This document shows, in pieces, positions 55,996 to 64,000 of a DNA stretch of 64,000 nt. The notes below the pieces were generated by a model that saw nothing but the letters and a program-made list of their open reading frames with translations, was not told the DNA's origin and ran no database searches. Position 1 is the first letter of the stretch, and each line of letters opens with the position of its first letter. Made by a program: the position numbers and the translations under genes. The stretch is from a virus: the IMG/VR virus record IMGVR_UViG_3300005533_000009, positions 1-64,000 of that record; one strand, written 5' to 3'.

Positions 55996-56640
55996 ATGAA
56001 AGTAATTACTAAAGCAGTATTTCAAATGACCGAGAACATTGGCGAATATGTTCCCTTATATGAGGAAAGCTATTCTTACAAGGGAGAAGTAGCTCTATGT
56101 GATCGTGCCGCCCAATCTGCGGCTAAGCAAGCTGCTCGAACAGCCAGCGGGGTTGCTGGACAGGATGAGTCTTTGGCTCAATCACAAGAAGCCCAGTTGG
56201 ACCCCTTCTTTAGACGTGAGATGGGAGCAGAGCATTACTTTGATCCCAATCAAGTAAACGAAATGCTAACTGCTTCACAAGCTGGTACCGGGGCTGCTCA
56301 AGGGGCTGAACAAGCTGCTTTGAATAGAAATGCGGCTTCTACCAACAATGCCACTGCTCTAACGAAGAATTTAGATGAAATAGCCAGAGATAGAATGAAA
56401 GCTAATGCTGGCGCGGCTGAAGGTATTGCTGCACAAGATGTTCTTGGAGCAAAGCAGCTTAATCAGGCTGGAGCACAAGGCGAAGCTGGTCTGTTTCAAA
56501 CTGATACCGATGCGGCTCTTAAGGCAATGGGTATCAATACTAACGACATTAATACCCAGCTTGAAGCTGGCAAGAGTGGTTGGTTGCAGAACACTTTGAA
56601 TACTGTAAAAACTCTAAGTGGTATGGGAAGACCTAGTTAA
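55996..56640 (+). CDS. Putative internal virion/ejection protein
   Basis: Ala/Gln/Gly-rich helical protein after the tail genes. Confidence 0.55.
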   Translation: MKVITKAVFQMTENIGEYVPLYEESYSYKGEVALCDRAAQSAAKQAARTASGVAGQDESLAQSQEAQLDPFFRREMGAEHYFDPNQVNEMLTASQAGTGAAQGAEQAALNRNAASTNNATALTKNLDEIARDRMKANAGAAEGIAAQDVLGAKQLNQAGAQGEAGLFQTDTDAALKAMGINTNDINTQLEAGKSGWLQNTLNTVKTLSGMGRPS

Positions 56641-56651
56641 TTGGAGGAAGA

Positions 56652-59456
56652 ATGCTTTTAAGAAATAAGATGAAGAGATTACCTGTGTATGATCAGGGTG
56701 GTCCTGTTGATCCACAGTATGATTCTCCTCCTGACCCTAATGCAATAGGACAGTATGCTGATCCATCGGCTGCGAATGCAGTAGCTTCTGCACCTCCAGA
56801 TCAACAGCCTGAATTGTCTACATGGGGTAACATACAGAATGGTTTAGGTCAAGCTCAGAATATGATGGGTAGAGTGCTAGGTAAATCACAATCAGGAGAG
56901 ATTCCTGAAGCTCAAACTCGCATGTATCCTGTAGAAGGTCTTAGTGCAAAAGTATTTGATGATGGTGGGGTAGTTCAAAAGGATAAAAATACAGACGAAA
57001 ATTCTATGGGTAATGCTCAATGGTTAGCATACCGTATGAATCCGCTATATCCAGATAGACATCTTGAACCCTTTTTACCACCTGATCCAGAAATGCATAC
57101 TGCGCCTACTGCCGCGCACGCCCAAGATGTAGCGTCACAGTATGGAGATATGGGAACGGTAGCAAGTACTGTAGGTCAGCGACCAAGAACCCAAAAAATG
57201 AACAGAGATACTGTCCCTATATACGATGACGGTGGGCCTATAAAGAACGATCCTAATGATGGACATCATCAATTAGCCATAGTAGAAGACGGAGAAAGAG
57301 TATTAACTCCTGAACAAAATCAGCAATATGAGCAAGAACACGCTGCTGTATTTCCTACTATAGGGGCTGAGAAGCACTTAACACAAACTAATCCTCCAAC
57401 TGAAGTACAAAATTCAGATGAGCCTCTTCCTGCCGATGTACCAAGAGGTGCTAGAATGAATATTAATCCTTATGCTGAAGGTACAGCCAAAGGAACAGTT
57501 GGTACAGCACCTGATGCTAAAGTAGAGCCTCCTCAAATGAGAACGATGAGTAATACATCCGTTCCACAAAATAAGATGGCTCCTGTAGAGGGCGCTATGG
57601 CTGGTGAAGGTCAACCCGGAGGGGCACCTCCCGGTGGAGAAGGTGGTGGTGGAGCGGGAGAATCAACTCTTAACCCACTACATACAGCTTCTTCAAGCAA
57701 TCCACTTCCACATGAAAGAGAATGGCTGGAAGGTGAACGCTCACGCTTGAAGCAAAAGATGATGGACGCTGCTGAAGGTGTACATAACGGCGGTAAGTTT
57801 GATCACGTTGCTTACGGTGAAGCTAAAATGGCTTTGGCCGATTTGAACAGAATGCACCCATGGGGACAGCCTGAAAATCATCCCGGTATACTGGGAAAGA
57901 TTGGTCATGGTTTAGGCGTAGCTGGTAACATCGCGGCTGATGCTTTGGTTCCCGGTGTTGCACCGTTTATTCCCGGTTCTCGTGCCAACCTAGAACGTCA
58001 AGCTGCTCAAGGAGCAGAGGAAGTAGGTATGGGACAAGAAGCCGCTAAGGGTCAAGCTGAGATTCAATTGAAGCAAGCTCAAGCGAGAGCTTATGGTTTG
58101 CCTAAGTTGGTTCCCGGTCCAGATAGCAGTAGATTGGACCCTGAAACAGGCACTAGACAGAAGCAGTATAAGTATCCTGATGGTAGACTTGTTTGGGTTA
58201 CTGAGGGTGAACTTCCTCCTCTAGAAGAAGAGGCATTTCCTCAGGGAGTTTCACAAGAAGCTCCTCCAGTAAGAACAAATGAACCTAATCCAGTGGTTAA
58301 TGGTCAGGTTTCACAAACTCCTACTACTCAAGCACCACCTCAAGAACAGGTACTACCACAGCAAGGATTACCACAGCAACCACAAAAACCTGCGGCTCCT
58401 CCTGTAGCACCTAAACCTGCTGCTCCTGTTAAAACACCTAGATATGTTTATGGCAGTGGTAAACCTGAAACTACTACTCCTTCTCCTGAAGACATAGCGA
58501 TTACAAAATCTGCTATTCAGGATGCTCCGTTTTTACCTGCTCAAGTTAAGGATGATTTCTTAAAGGTATTAGACAACAATCCTTCTCAAGCTACTCTAAA
58601 CAGACTGCATGAACATATTAACAAATTAGAAAGTGAAAGCAGAGCCAAAAGCCAAGAGGATTTCCAGCACGAGATGGAAAAAACTCGTATGGAAATAGCT
58701 AAGATGATGGCTGATGCACATTTGTTAGAGATGCAACAGAAAGCTGCTTTAACTCAACAAACTGCTCGTACTACCGCAGACCAAGCTCGTCTCCAAGACT
58801 ATTCTCAGCAAGAATATGATACATACATGAGAAATTGGCAACGTAGCACGACTCCGGGGCAATATGCTAAAGATGTGGCCTTGATTACAGATCAAGTTAA
58901 CGCTGAAAAATCTAATCCCGGCCATTTATTTTCATATATAGCACCACTACTTTCAACTACCCCTGCGGGGGCAGCTACAGTAGTGGGAGCGGAAGCTTTG
59001 GCTGGTGCTTTAGCTGGGCCTGTTAGCGGGGCTCTGGATACTCTTAAGAAGAGAGGTCTTTCAGACCAAGCGTATCGTGCAATGCAAGCTTATTACAACG
59101 CATTGCCGGGACGTATGGCATATGAAATGAGTTCAGCAGGTGTTAAAGCTGGAGCTATGCGTTCTCAGCTATTGATATCTAAGGTACTAAATACGGTTCC
59201 ACCTCCAAATACACCTCCTGCACAATGGAGCAATGCATTTGGACAGTATTACAAACCTATGCATACTTTTATTGAACGTATGGTTAGTGGTATGCCTGTA
59301 GGAAAAGACTATACCCCTCAGACAAGAGAGGATGTATATGGCCCTCCTTCAGAAGGGCATTATAACCACATTGCTAGAAATAAAACTACTAAAGAGCCTG
59401 CATATTCATACGACGGTAAAACATGGTATGATGCAAAAGGTAATAAATTACAGTAA
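56652..59456 (+). CDS. Large internal virion/ejection protein
   Basis: 934 aa, Pro/Gln/Gly-rich, repeated (Y/F)DxGG motifs. Confidence 0.55.
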   Translation: MLLRNKMKRLPVYDQGGPVDPQYDSPPDPNAIGQYADPSAANAVASAPPDQQPELSTWGNIQNGLGQAQNMMGRVLGKSQSGEIPEAQTRMYPVEGLSAKVFDDGGVVQKDKNTDENSMGNAQWLAYRMNPLYPDRHLEPFLPPDPEMHTAPTAAHAQDVASQYGDMGTVASTVGQRPRTQKMNRDTVPIYDDGGPIKNDPNDGHHQLAIVEDGERVLTPEQNQQYEQEHAAVFPTIGAEKHLTQTNPPTEVQNSDEPLPADVPRGARMNINPYAEGTAKGTVGTAPDAKVEPPQMRTMSNTSVPQNKMAPVEGAMAGEGQPGGAPPGGEGGGGAGESTLNPLHTASSSNPLPHEREWLEGERSRLKQKMMDAAEGVHNGGKFDHVAYGEAKMALADLNRMHPWGQPENHPGILGKIGHGLGVAGNIAADALVPGVAPFIPGSRANLERQAAQGAEEVGMGQEAAKGQAEIQLKQAQARAYGLPKLVPGPDSSRLDPETGTRQKQYKYPDGRLVWVTEGELPPLEEEAFPQGVSQEAPPVRTNEPNPVVNGQVSQTPTTQAPPQEQVLPQQGLPQQPQKPAAPPVAPKPAAPVKTPRYVYGSGKPETTTPSPEDIAITKSAIQDAPFLPAQVKDDFLKVLDNNPSQATLNRLHEHINKLESESRAKSQEDFQHEMEKTRMEIAKMMADAHLLEMQQKAALTQQTARTTADQARLQDYSQQEYDTYMRNWQRSTTPGQYAKDVALITDQVNAEKSNPGHLFSYIAPLLSTTPAGAATVVGAEALAGALAGPVSGALDTLKKRGLSDQAYRAMQAYYNALPGRMAYEMSSAGVKAGAMRSQLLISKVLNTVPPPNTPPAQWSNAFGQYYKPMHTFIERMVSGMPVGKDYTPQTREDVYGPPSEGHYNHIARNKTTKEPAYSYDGKTWYDAKGNKLQ

Positions 59457-59468
59457 GGAGAACATAGG

Positions 59469-62400
59469 ATGGCTGATGATCAGCAAATAAGATTGCCTCA
59501 AGGATACGAAGATGCTGTTCCTTTTGATCAACAATCTCAGCAAGAAGCACAACGTTCTCAGGAACAACATCAAAAAGAGGTAGAAATGGGACAAACCCCA
59601 TTGTCTTTACCTCAAGGATATGAAGATGCTGTTCCAGCAGAGGGTGCTAATGCATATACATCTCAAAGCCATCCTAATATCTCTGGGGAGGCAGGAGTTG
59701 CAGCAGATACATATGTACAACCTGCTATGCATGAAATGCGTGCGGCTGAAAAGCCTTCTACCATGCAACGTTTTTGGCAAGCGGCGAAACACCCTATTGA
59801 TTATTTAGGGGATGTTGAATCCGATGTACAAGAGGGTGGAGGACGCACTATAGTAGGACGTACTTTAGGAGCTATGCAAGGAAGAGGAGATAAAGGATAC
59901 GATGTAGGACAAAGATTTGATCCTTCTATCGAAAGCTTTATGGCCGCTCCTATACAAGGACCACCAAAGTTAGCTCGTGGAGCTATGAGAATGTACAAAG
60001 CGGATACTCCTAAAGAGGCTGCTAGTGCATTTACAGAAACAGCTACTGGAGCATTACAAACGCTTCCATTAGTAGCCCCAGAAGCTATCGCTGCTGAAAC
60101 ACTTATTCCTAGAGCAATAGCAGGAGAAGCAGCAGGAAGAGCTACATCTGGAGCTTTGAATAAATTAGGTGTGGCTCCCGAATATTCAGAAGCTGCTGGA
60201 ACTGCTACTGGACTAGCTGCGGCTGGTGGGCCTGAACTGAAAGAGAGATTTACCGGAACAGGGCATGACCCAGCCTTTGCACATTTACAGAAGGATTTAG
60301 ATATCAAGCTTGCCGCTGCTAATGAAGCTGCTCAGAAAATGAAAGCTTATGAAGCTGGCGCAGAGCAAGGTGTTCCTATTCCTGACAAAGTAGTAAAAGA
60401 TTTTCAAAAAGCACGTTATGAAGCGGAATTGGCACAAAGACACCATGACGCTTATCTACAACGTGCTCACGAGCAACAGAGAGCCGCTAGACAGCAGTTT
60501 AGAGAGAATGTAGCATCTAAGACTCAAAGTGCTTTACATAAAGTGACAGGTACTGAACCAGCACCGATTAATCAGCCTATTAATTTAGAGCCTGAGATTA
60601 TTAATCCCGATGGTTCTGTGGCTACACCTCCTGCACAAGAGCCTCAAGCTCCATTGGCATTGCCTGCTGCTCCTGAAGCTACTGGTCCTGCGAATGTTAA
60701 AACTCCGGGGCAAGTACCACCAGAAGTAACTAGACCTGAACTGGTACAGAATAGACAGCAAGGTTTCGAAAACTTGCCACAGCCTAACACTATGCGTAGT
60801 GGACCTGTCCCATTGGCTAACGAACAAGGTGTAATGGGGCGTAGAATGGGACTTCCGGCAAAGCCTGAAGAGCCTATCGCTCCAGTACAAGCTGAACCAC
60901 CTTCTCCTACAGATGTTAGAGCCTTAAGAACTAAAATGGTTCCGGCTAAGGAGATGGCTGGATTTTATGCTCAACCTAAGGAAGCTGGTGCGGAAGTGCC
61001 TGCTATACCTAGACGTGAAGCAAGCACTGGATCACAAGTTGATCGTATTGCTGATCTAACTCGTCAAGGTCTGGGCGGTCAAGAACTGAAGCCTAACGTT
61101 CCTCTAAAAGAACAGACAGAACAAAAGCTATCGTCTCGCCCTGATAAGGCTGCTCTTCAAAAAGCTGGTGCTAGCGAAGAAGCGATGAACAAAATCCTAG
61201 CCATTAAGAATCCTGAACTATCTTACCTAGCTATGCAGTTGGGTGAAGATATGGGTACTAACGTGGTAGGACGTTCTAAGGGTGGAGTAGCGGCTGGTAC
61301 ACACGTTCCTAGAGAACAGATACTAGAAAAGCTATTGCAGAAGCACTCTCCTGATGATCTTGCTCATATGATTGATGAGGGCAAACACTTACCTCCTGTA
61401 GGTGGTGGTTCTCAGGCCGCTACTGAGGAGTCAGATCAGTATGCTGGTACGGCTCTATCTAAGGAAGCTGTAGGAAAAGAGAACGACTGGTACAAGATGG
61501 CTAAGGAAGAACTTGGTCCTGATGCTGGAGTTTCTCAAGTATTACAGCGTGCTCAAGAAATTAAAGAACAAGCTGCTAAACTTCCTCCCGTAAGTGGTGG
61601 ATCACAAGCGGCTGATGTAGAAGAAAAGATAGACCCAGCCACTGAAAGACGTGCTGCTAAGAAACAGTTAGCTGAGCACAATGAAGAAGGTGGCTCAACC
61701 TTTGATCGTTTTGGCAAAAGCCTAAAGGGAACGGATGGTTATGCCGTAGGTGTATACCCAGAAAGAACTCAGAAGATCGAAGGTAGAAACCTATCAGAAA
61801 AAGACATACGTGATTTCAAGAGTAAGAACTCTGATGTTCTTTCTCAACCAGATCACGCCGTTGGAACTTGGACCGACGAAGATGGTACTCATTGGCTTGA
61901 TATAACTAAAGTTATACCAGAACGTGAAGATGCTATTAAAGCCGGAAAAGAAGCTAATCAAAACTCTATTTATAATTTACAAAGTGGAGAATTAATTAAA
62001 ACTGGTGGTACAGGAAGTGCTTTCCATCCTTTAGCACAAGAACATCTTCCAACGGTAAGTGGTAGTTCTCCAGAAACAGAAGAATTGGTAGGACCAATTA
62101 CAAAAAAGTTGATTGAAAGATATGGGACTACTAAAGAACCTTTGGGTTCTGCTCAATTTATTACTGCTGATGGTAAACGAGTGCCTGTACAAGATCATGA
62201 CAGAGCAGTAGCATCAGTTTTAAATAAAAAGAAAATTGATCCTAATGATAGGGTAGACTATATCAACAACGAACAGGCTGTTAGAGTACGTTTTCGTTCA
62301 GGGCCACAAGGTAAAGAAGTAGTATTTTCTGTTCCTAAAAATGTAAGTCCAGAACAAATAAATCAGATGGAAAACACTGTAGCGGCACTAGGTAAATTTG

Positions 62401-62546
62401 GTAATATGCATATGGAGCAAGCTGATGCCAAAGGTAATTATGTTACTAAGGTAAATGCTACTCCAGAGATGGTTGAAAAATCTATAAAGGAAGTGAACAA
62501 ACCCTCTCAACCTTGGTCCCCTATGGTACGAGCTTTTCATCAGTAA
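59469..62546 (+). CDS. Large multidomain internal virion (polyvalent-like) protein
   Basis: 1025 aa; LPQGYEDAVP twice; LPPVxGGSQAA linkers. Confidence 0.55.
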   Translation: MADDQQIRLPQGYEDAVPFDQQSQQEAQRSQEQHQKEVEMGQTPLSLPQGYEDAVPAEGANAYTSQSHPNISGEAGVAADTYVQPAMHEMRAAEKPSTMQRFWQAAKHPIDYLGDVESDVQEGGGRTIVGRTLGAMQGRGDKGYDVGQRFDPSIESFMAAPIQGPPKLARGAMRMYKADTPKEAASAFTETATGALQTLPLVAPEAIAAETLIPRAIAGEAAGRATSGALNKLGVAPEYSEAAGTATGLAAAGGPELKERFTGTGHDPAFAHLQKDLDIKLAAANEAAQKMKAYEAGAEQGVPIPDKVVKDFQKARYEAELAQRHHDAYLQRAHEQQRAARQQFRENVASKTQSALHKVTGTEPAPINQPINLEPEIINPDGSVATPPAQEPQAPLALPAAPEATGPANVKTPGQVPPEVTRPELVQNRQQGFENLPQPNTMRSGPVPLANEQGVMGRRMGLPAKPEEPIAPVQAEPPSPTDVRALRTKMVPAKEMAGFYAQPKEAGAEVPAIPRREASTGSQVDRIADLTRQGLGGQELKPNVPLKEQTEQKLSSRPDKAALQKAGASEEAMNKILAIKNPELSYLAMQLGEDMGTNVVGRSKGGVAAGTHVPREQILEKLLQKHSPDDLAHMIDEGKHLPPVGGGSQAATEESDQYAGTALSKEAVGKENDWYKMAKEELGPDAGVSQVLQRAQEIKEQAAKLPPVSGGSQAADVEEKIDPATERRAAKKQLAEHNEEGGSTFDRFGKSLKGTDGYAVGVYPERTQKIEGRNLSEKDIRDFKSKNSDVLSQPDHAVGTWTDEDGTHWLDITKVIPEREDAIKAGKEANQNSIYNLQSGELIKTGGTGSAFHPLAQEHLPTVSGSSPETEELVGPITKKLIERYGTTKEPLGSAQFITADGKRVPVQDHDRAVASVLNKKKIDPNDRVDYINNEQAVRVRFRSGPQGKEVVFSVPKNVSPEQINQMENTVAALGKFGNMHMEQADAKGNYVTKVNATPEMVEKSIKEVNKPSQPWSPMVRAFHQ

Positions 62547-62556
62547 TAAAAAATTT

Positions 62557-62585
62557 GTGGGGGAGCCTAAAAACTCCCCTACATA
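62557..62585 (+). promoter_or_regulatory. Hairpin with a CCTAAAAA loop
   Basis: GTGGGGGAG-CCTAAAAA-CTCCCCTAC. Confidence 0.5.
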
Positions 62586-62595
62586 AGGAATTTCT

Positions 62596-63507
62596 ATGGT
62601 AAATAAAAAGATACCAGAATTAGCACAAGAAAGTCATGTGATGAAAGATGCACATGAGGTCGAAAAAGTAAAAGAAGACTGGAAACTCGTTACCATAGAT
62701 GGCACTCATATGTCTGGGTTTGTTAACAATGGTGAGAACCAGATGCCTAGACAGTGCCATAACTGTATTTGGTACAAAGATGATAAGTGTCACCATCCAG
62801 TTGTAATGGTAGACGAAGAAGTGCCGGGAGATTATGGTAAACCTAAATCAGTGGCCGATGATTCATGCTGCGGGTTTTTCCGTTCTCCAAAAAGAGATTT
62901 ATTGTATATCCTACGCCATGGGGAAGACGAATATGACGACCTTATTGGCGGTTGGGAAGATGCCGATATAGACGAAGCGGGTATAAAGGATGCTAAGGAA
63001 GCTGCTGCATTCCTGAAGAATAAAGGAATACGCCATATCTACTGCTCAGATATGAAGCGTTGCATGGAGACTTCCAAAATAGTTGCTAAAGAGCTTAATT
63101 TAGACCCCTATTGCATTGTGACCGATGTGCGCCTGCGTACTTGGAACAAAGGCATCTATAATGGACAAGAGAAGACTGAGCAGAACAAAGAAGATTTACA
63201 GTACTACAGAGAGAATCCACATAAGATCATCCCAAACGGTGAAAGCCACTATCAATTCGAAGATAGAAGTGATGAAGCCATGGCTTATTATATACACAAA
63301 GCCAGAAGCTGCGGGATTATCTTGATTGTTACACACAACTCATTAGTAAAGCAAGCACAGAGATTTGTGAAAGAATCTAGAACAGGCAAAGAGGTAAACA
63401 GTGCTAATGGTCCTATGGATTCTGTTATGCCGGGAGGAATTTTGAAGTTACATTCTGACTGGGATAAGCTTGCGTTTGATATAGTTCTAAAAGAGGGTAA
63501 GAAATAA
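62596..63507 (+). CDS. Histidine phosphatase superfamily protein with an N-terminal Cys-rich domain
   Basis: YILRHGE, YCSDMKRC.ET, GES, IVTH; N-terminal CHNC..C..CC. Confidence 0.8.
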   Translation: MVNKKIPELAQESHVMKDAHEVEKVKEDWKLVTIDGTHMSGFVNNGENQMPRQCHNCIWYKDDKCHHPVVMVDEEVPGDYGKPKSVADDSCCGFFRSPKRDLLYILRHGEDEYDDLIGGWEDADIDEAGIKDAKEAAAFLKNKGIRHIYCSDMKRCMETSKIVAKELNLDPYCIVTDVRLRTWNKGIYNGQEKTEQNKEDLQYYRENPHKIIPNGESHYQFEDRSDEAMAYYIHKARSCGIILIVTHNSLVKQAQRFVKESRTGKEVNSANGPMDSVMPGGILKLHSDWDKLAFDIVLKEGKK

Positions 63508-63863
63508 TGGCTACAGGAATTAGCTTTGATGGAAAGGTTGTTGCAGTCAATGATCAGGTATCTGTGATGGGTAAAGTTGCTTCTCACTCAGGTACAGGTT
63601 CTACTGCTTCTTTAACCGTAACTACTCTATTTGGTGATTCTATCACCGTACCTGCTAACAATGCTTACGCTCCTCAAACTGATGGAGCTTTAATCAGCAT
63701 TGATGGCAAAGGGTTTTCTGACACAGATAAGGTCACCGTTCCGGGGGTAGTAACAGCCGTAGGTTCCGGTACAGGCCAAAATGCCCAGTTAACCGTAAAA
63801 TTACAAGGTGGCACATCTGTCACTGTAACTGCTGGTGCTTGCAGAAGCACTAGCCAATCATAA
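63507..63863 (+). CDS. Small beta protein with two tandem repeats
   Basis: S(F/I)DGK..D.V.V.G.V...G(T/S)G..A.LTV occurs twice. Confidence 0.65.
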   Translation: MATGISFDGKVVAVNDQVSVMGKVASHSGTGSTASLTVTTLFGDSITVPANNAYAPQTDGALISIDGKGFSDTDKVTVPGVVTAVGSGTGQNAQLTVKLQGGTSVTVTAGACRSTSQS

Positions 63864-63874
63864 TCGCAATTATC

Positions 63875-64000
63875 GTGAAGAAGCACAAAAACGTAAAAGA
63901 ATACCTTAAGCAGTATTATATTGATCATCCAGAAAAATTCAATAACAAAAAAACCAAGGAAAGAATTGCTCTCTGGAAAAAGAATAATAAAGCTAGGGTA
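63875..64000 (+). CDS. Partial ORF, probably another endonuclease N-terminus
   Basis: Open to the window end; KEYLKQYY..HPEK basic helix resembles the N-termini of other HNH ORFs here. Confidence 0.35.
   Translation, partial: MKKHKNVKEYLKQYYIDHPEKFNNKKTKERIALWKKNNKARV

Noticed and set aside
56652-62546. Tape-measure protein or virion RNA polymerase
   Set aside because: Pro-rich and lacking tape-measure periodicity; no RNA polymerase catalytic motif recognised
482-63928. Numerous antisense or nested short ORFs in the six-frame track
   Set aside because: Shadows of longer motif-bearing genes, without SD sequences or recognisable domains

Overview
A 64-kb segment of a large, AT-rich tailed-phage (Caudoviricetes) genome, probably podovirus-like: no tape-measure gene is visible and very large ejection-type proteins follow the tail genes. 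About 1-9.9 kb on the minus strand carries replication and nucleotide-metabolism genes (family A DNA polymerase, class II RNR, GMP reductase, MazG-like pyrophosphatase, RNase HI) and 5 tRNA genes. An AT-rich divergent-promoter/origin-like region lies at about 9.9-10.35 kb. The plus strand then carries a 14-tRNA cluster, terminase, portal, scaffold, a major capsid gene split by two group I introns, a GroES-like protein, tail genes, an 11-kb sugar-nucleotide/glycosyltransferase island inside the tail module, and internal virion proteins. About 20 homing-endonuclease-like genes (HNH, EndoVII-like, GIY-YIG, LAGLIDADG) are scattered throughout. The strongest unexplained signal is a covarying three-hairpin RNA element. 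It forms a loop-loop kissing interaction that buries the Shine-Dalgarno, and it sits directly upstream of eight free-standing endonuclease genes of unrelated nuclease families. Other notable signals are long-variable-arm tRNAs with Ile(UAU) and Pro(UGG) anticodons, a tRNA mimic in the capsid leader, HNH genes whose ends rebuild tRNA 5' ends, a GACTCAG motif at gene junctions, and apparent CCWGG avoidance. All calls were made by eye from the sequence and the ORF track; no searches were run.
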